DNA of 63,802 nucleotides, the filler included, from Nemertoderma westbladi (taxonomy: Eukaryota; Animalia; Xenacoelomorpha), in NCBI GenBank assembly GCA_032718475.1. It is 3 parts of 3 records of this genome, joined end to end, with 100 filler letters (N's around TTAATTAATTAA, not from the genome) between each part and the next. Parts side by side here need not be neighbours in the genome. Positions count along the whole stretch, not along the records: positions 56,976 to 63,802 come from JAUCBJ010004060.1; 2 more parts are not named here. The stretch is one strand, 5' to 3'. Below, piece by piece: positions 62,231 through 63,802 of this stretch; position 1 is the stretch's first letter, and every line of letters begins with the position of its first letter. Made by a program: the position numbers and the translations under genes. Below the pieces are notes generated by a model, which saw only the letters and a list, made by a program, of their open reading frames with translations, did no database searches and was not told the DNA's origin.

Positions 62231-63771
62231 ATGTTTCAAAGCTTCGCAATCAGATATGGCAGTATGGCTGAGGGTGAAATTTATAGTGGATTTACGAAAT
62301 ATTTCTTCCGTAAACTCGGACTGCATTGCGGCAAGAACCCCTACGAAGTTATTGTTTTATTCCTTTGTTTATCCATTTGCTTGCTAAGCGTTCCTCCTCC
62401 TAACCTCGCAACCCAACTGTGCGGTACAGCTGCGTGCATCCCTGGAAACCATGGTAACCAGTCGATGACCCCGGGTATCGACTGTGTTATCCTCGCAGTA
62501 ACACGTTGCGTCGCACTGCTCTATCTTTACGCTCAGATACAAAAGATGCGAGTACTTACGTACTGGCCTATATTGGCTGTCTCTTTGGCCATTACAACAC
62601 TCTCCATGGTTCTATTCACCAGCGCAATCTGCCATCTTACCGGGACCGGTAACTCCCTTATGGGGGAACTATTCCCTTTTTATGTTCTTCTAGTAGATTT
62701 TTCCACAACATCTAGATTGTTGCAATACGCGTCGTTTTACCACAACTCGGGTGGTGTAGATTGTTTCGTTTCTTCTATGGCCGAAGGTCTATCCGATATA
62801 GCCCCGGTTGTTACAGTAGACTCTGTTGTTTCCGCACTGGTAGTTGGACTGGGAACCTTTTCCGGGATTCGTACCTTAGAGATTCTCAGCTGCTACGGTT
62901 GTCTCGTCTCATTGGCTAGTTACATCACCTTCGCTACTGTGTTTCCTGCCTGTATAAGTCTGCTTTTCGATATGATTCCCTCTGTAGGGGGGTGTTCTCT
63001 GCTAGTCTGTAAACCGTCCAGGGACAAGAAGGCACCAGAAGAAAAACACCCAAATGTTTTTCGAATAAAAGCGATCATGGGAGTTGGTTTACTTCTGGTT
63101 CACCTCCATCGGCGGTTATTCGCGGATAACTCACAAACCTTCGCCCTTTCGCGGTACATTACCGCGAAAGATGTTGATGATCCCGAGAAGACAGTGTTCC
63201 TAGTCGCAGATTTATTTTATATTAGCAGCGAGAATCTTATAACTCTTTCTTTGGGAATCGCTTTGGTTGTAAAATTCCTCGTATTTGACCAACACTATCC
63301 AACCGATATAGAAGTCGAAATTGCCACTAAGAACGCCAGTTTAGTTGCTAAGGATGCAGGTTCAGTTGCTAAGGATTCAGTTTTAGTTACTAAGGACGCC
63401 GGTTTAGTTGCTAAGGACGCCGGTTTAGTTGCTATGTCCGCCGGTTTGGTTGCTAAGGACGCCGGTTTGGTTACACAAACCGGTAGAGTTATTGTAGCAG
63501 GAGATGCAACTAAAGAAAATAATACAACTCTCCATGTAACTGGTAATCCTTTAGTTTCGTTAAGCGAGTCGAACAGGGATTGCAATGACGTCACTACGGA
63601 ACCGGTTAAATTTATTTTGGGTTCACGGAACAACTCATTCTCTAACGAGGATGGTGCCGGTTCTAGAACTACCGGTACCGATACGTGTTCCAGTAGGACA
63701 GGTATCGGCACCGATACGACTGGTACCCAATCGGAAGAGGCGGCAGACCCCACTGGTTCTACTGAAAATCG
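62231..63771 (+). CDS. HMGCR: HMG-CoA reductase, membrane/sterol-sensing domain and linker (one large exon; catalytic part outside the window)
   Basis: FFRKLGLHCGKNPYEVIV, ILAVTRCVALLYLY, ELFPFYVLLVDFS, VVGLGTFSGIRTLEILSCYGC, TVFPACISL and RIKAIMGVGLLLVHLH follow animal HMGCR. An acceptor-like tattttcag precedes 62231 and a donor-like GTTAGT starts at 63772. Exon ends are inferred. Confidence 0.88.
63326..63472 (+). repeat. Coding 21-bp repeat x7 (AKDAGLV) in the HMGCR linker
   Basis: TKNASLV AKDAGSV AKDSVLV TKDAGLV AKDAGLV AMSAGLV AKDAGLV. Confidence 0.92.
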
Positions 63772-63802
63772 GTTAGTTAGTTAGTTAGTTAAAAAAAATT
63801 AC

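Overview
Repeat-rich eukaryotic (most likely invertebrate animal) genomic DNA with two 100-nt assembly gaps. It has three host genes: a single-exon F-box/LRR-type gene (-), a divergent phosphoserine aminotransferase (+) and the large first coding exon of HMG-CoA reductase (+). The rest is nested mobile DNA: two families of decayed BEL/Pao LTR retrotransposons, four RTE-type LINE pieces, a Gypsy relic, foldback/MITE elements, a tRNA-derived relic and tandem repeats. The most unusual object spans 6272-20627. It is a long-TIR P/Galileo-like DNA transposon that encloses a BEL/Pao element. That element carries, in the env position, an extra ~860-codon ORF with a WRN/EXD-like DEDDy exonuclease fold and three CCHC zinc knuckles, and the ORF is flanked by conserved RNA hairpins. 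The PSAT-like gene has lost its C-terminal substrate-phosphate-binding His-Arg pair. All family assignments are by eye from motifs; no database searches were run.
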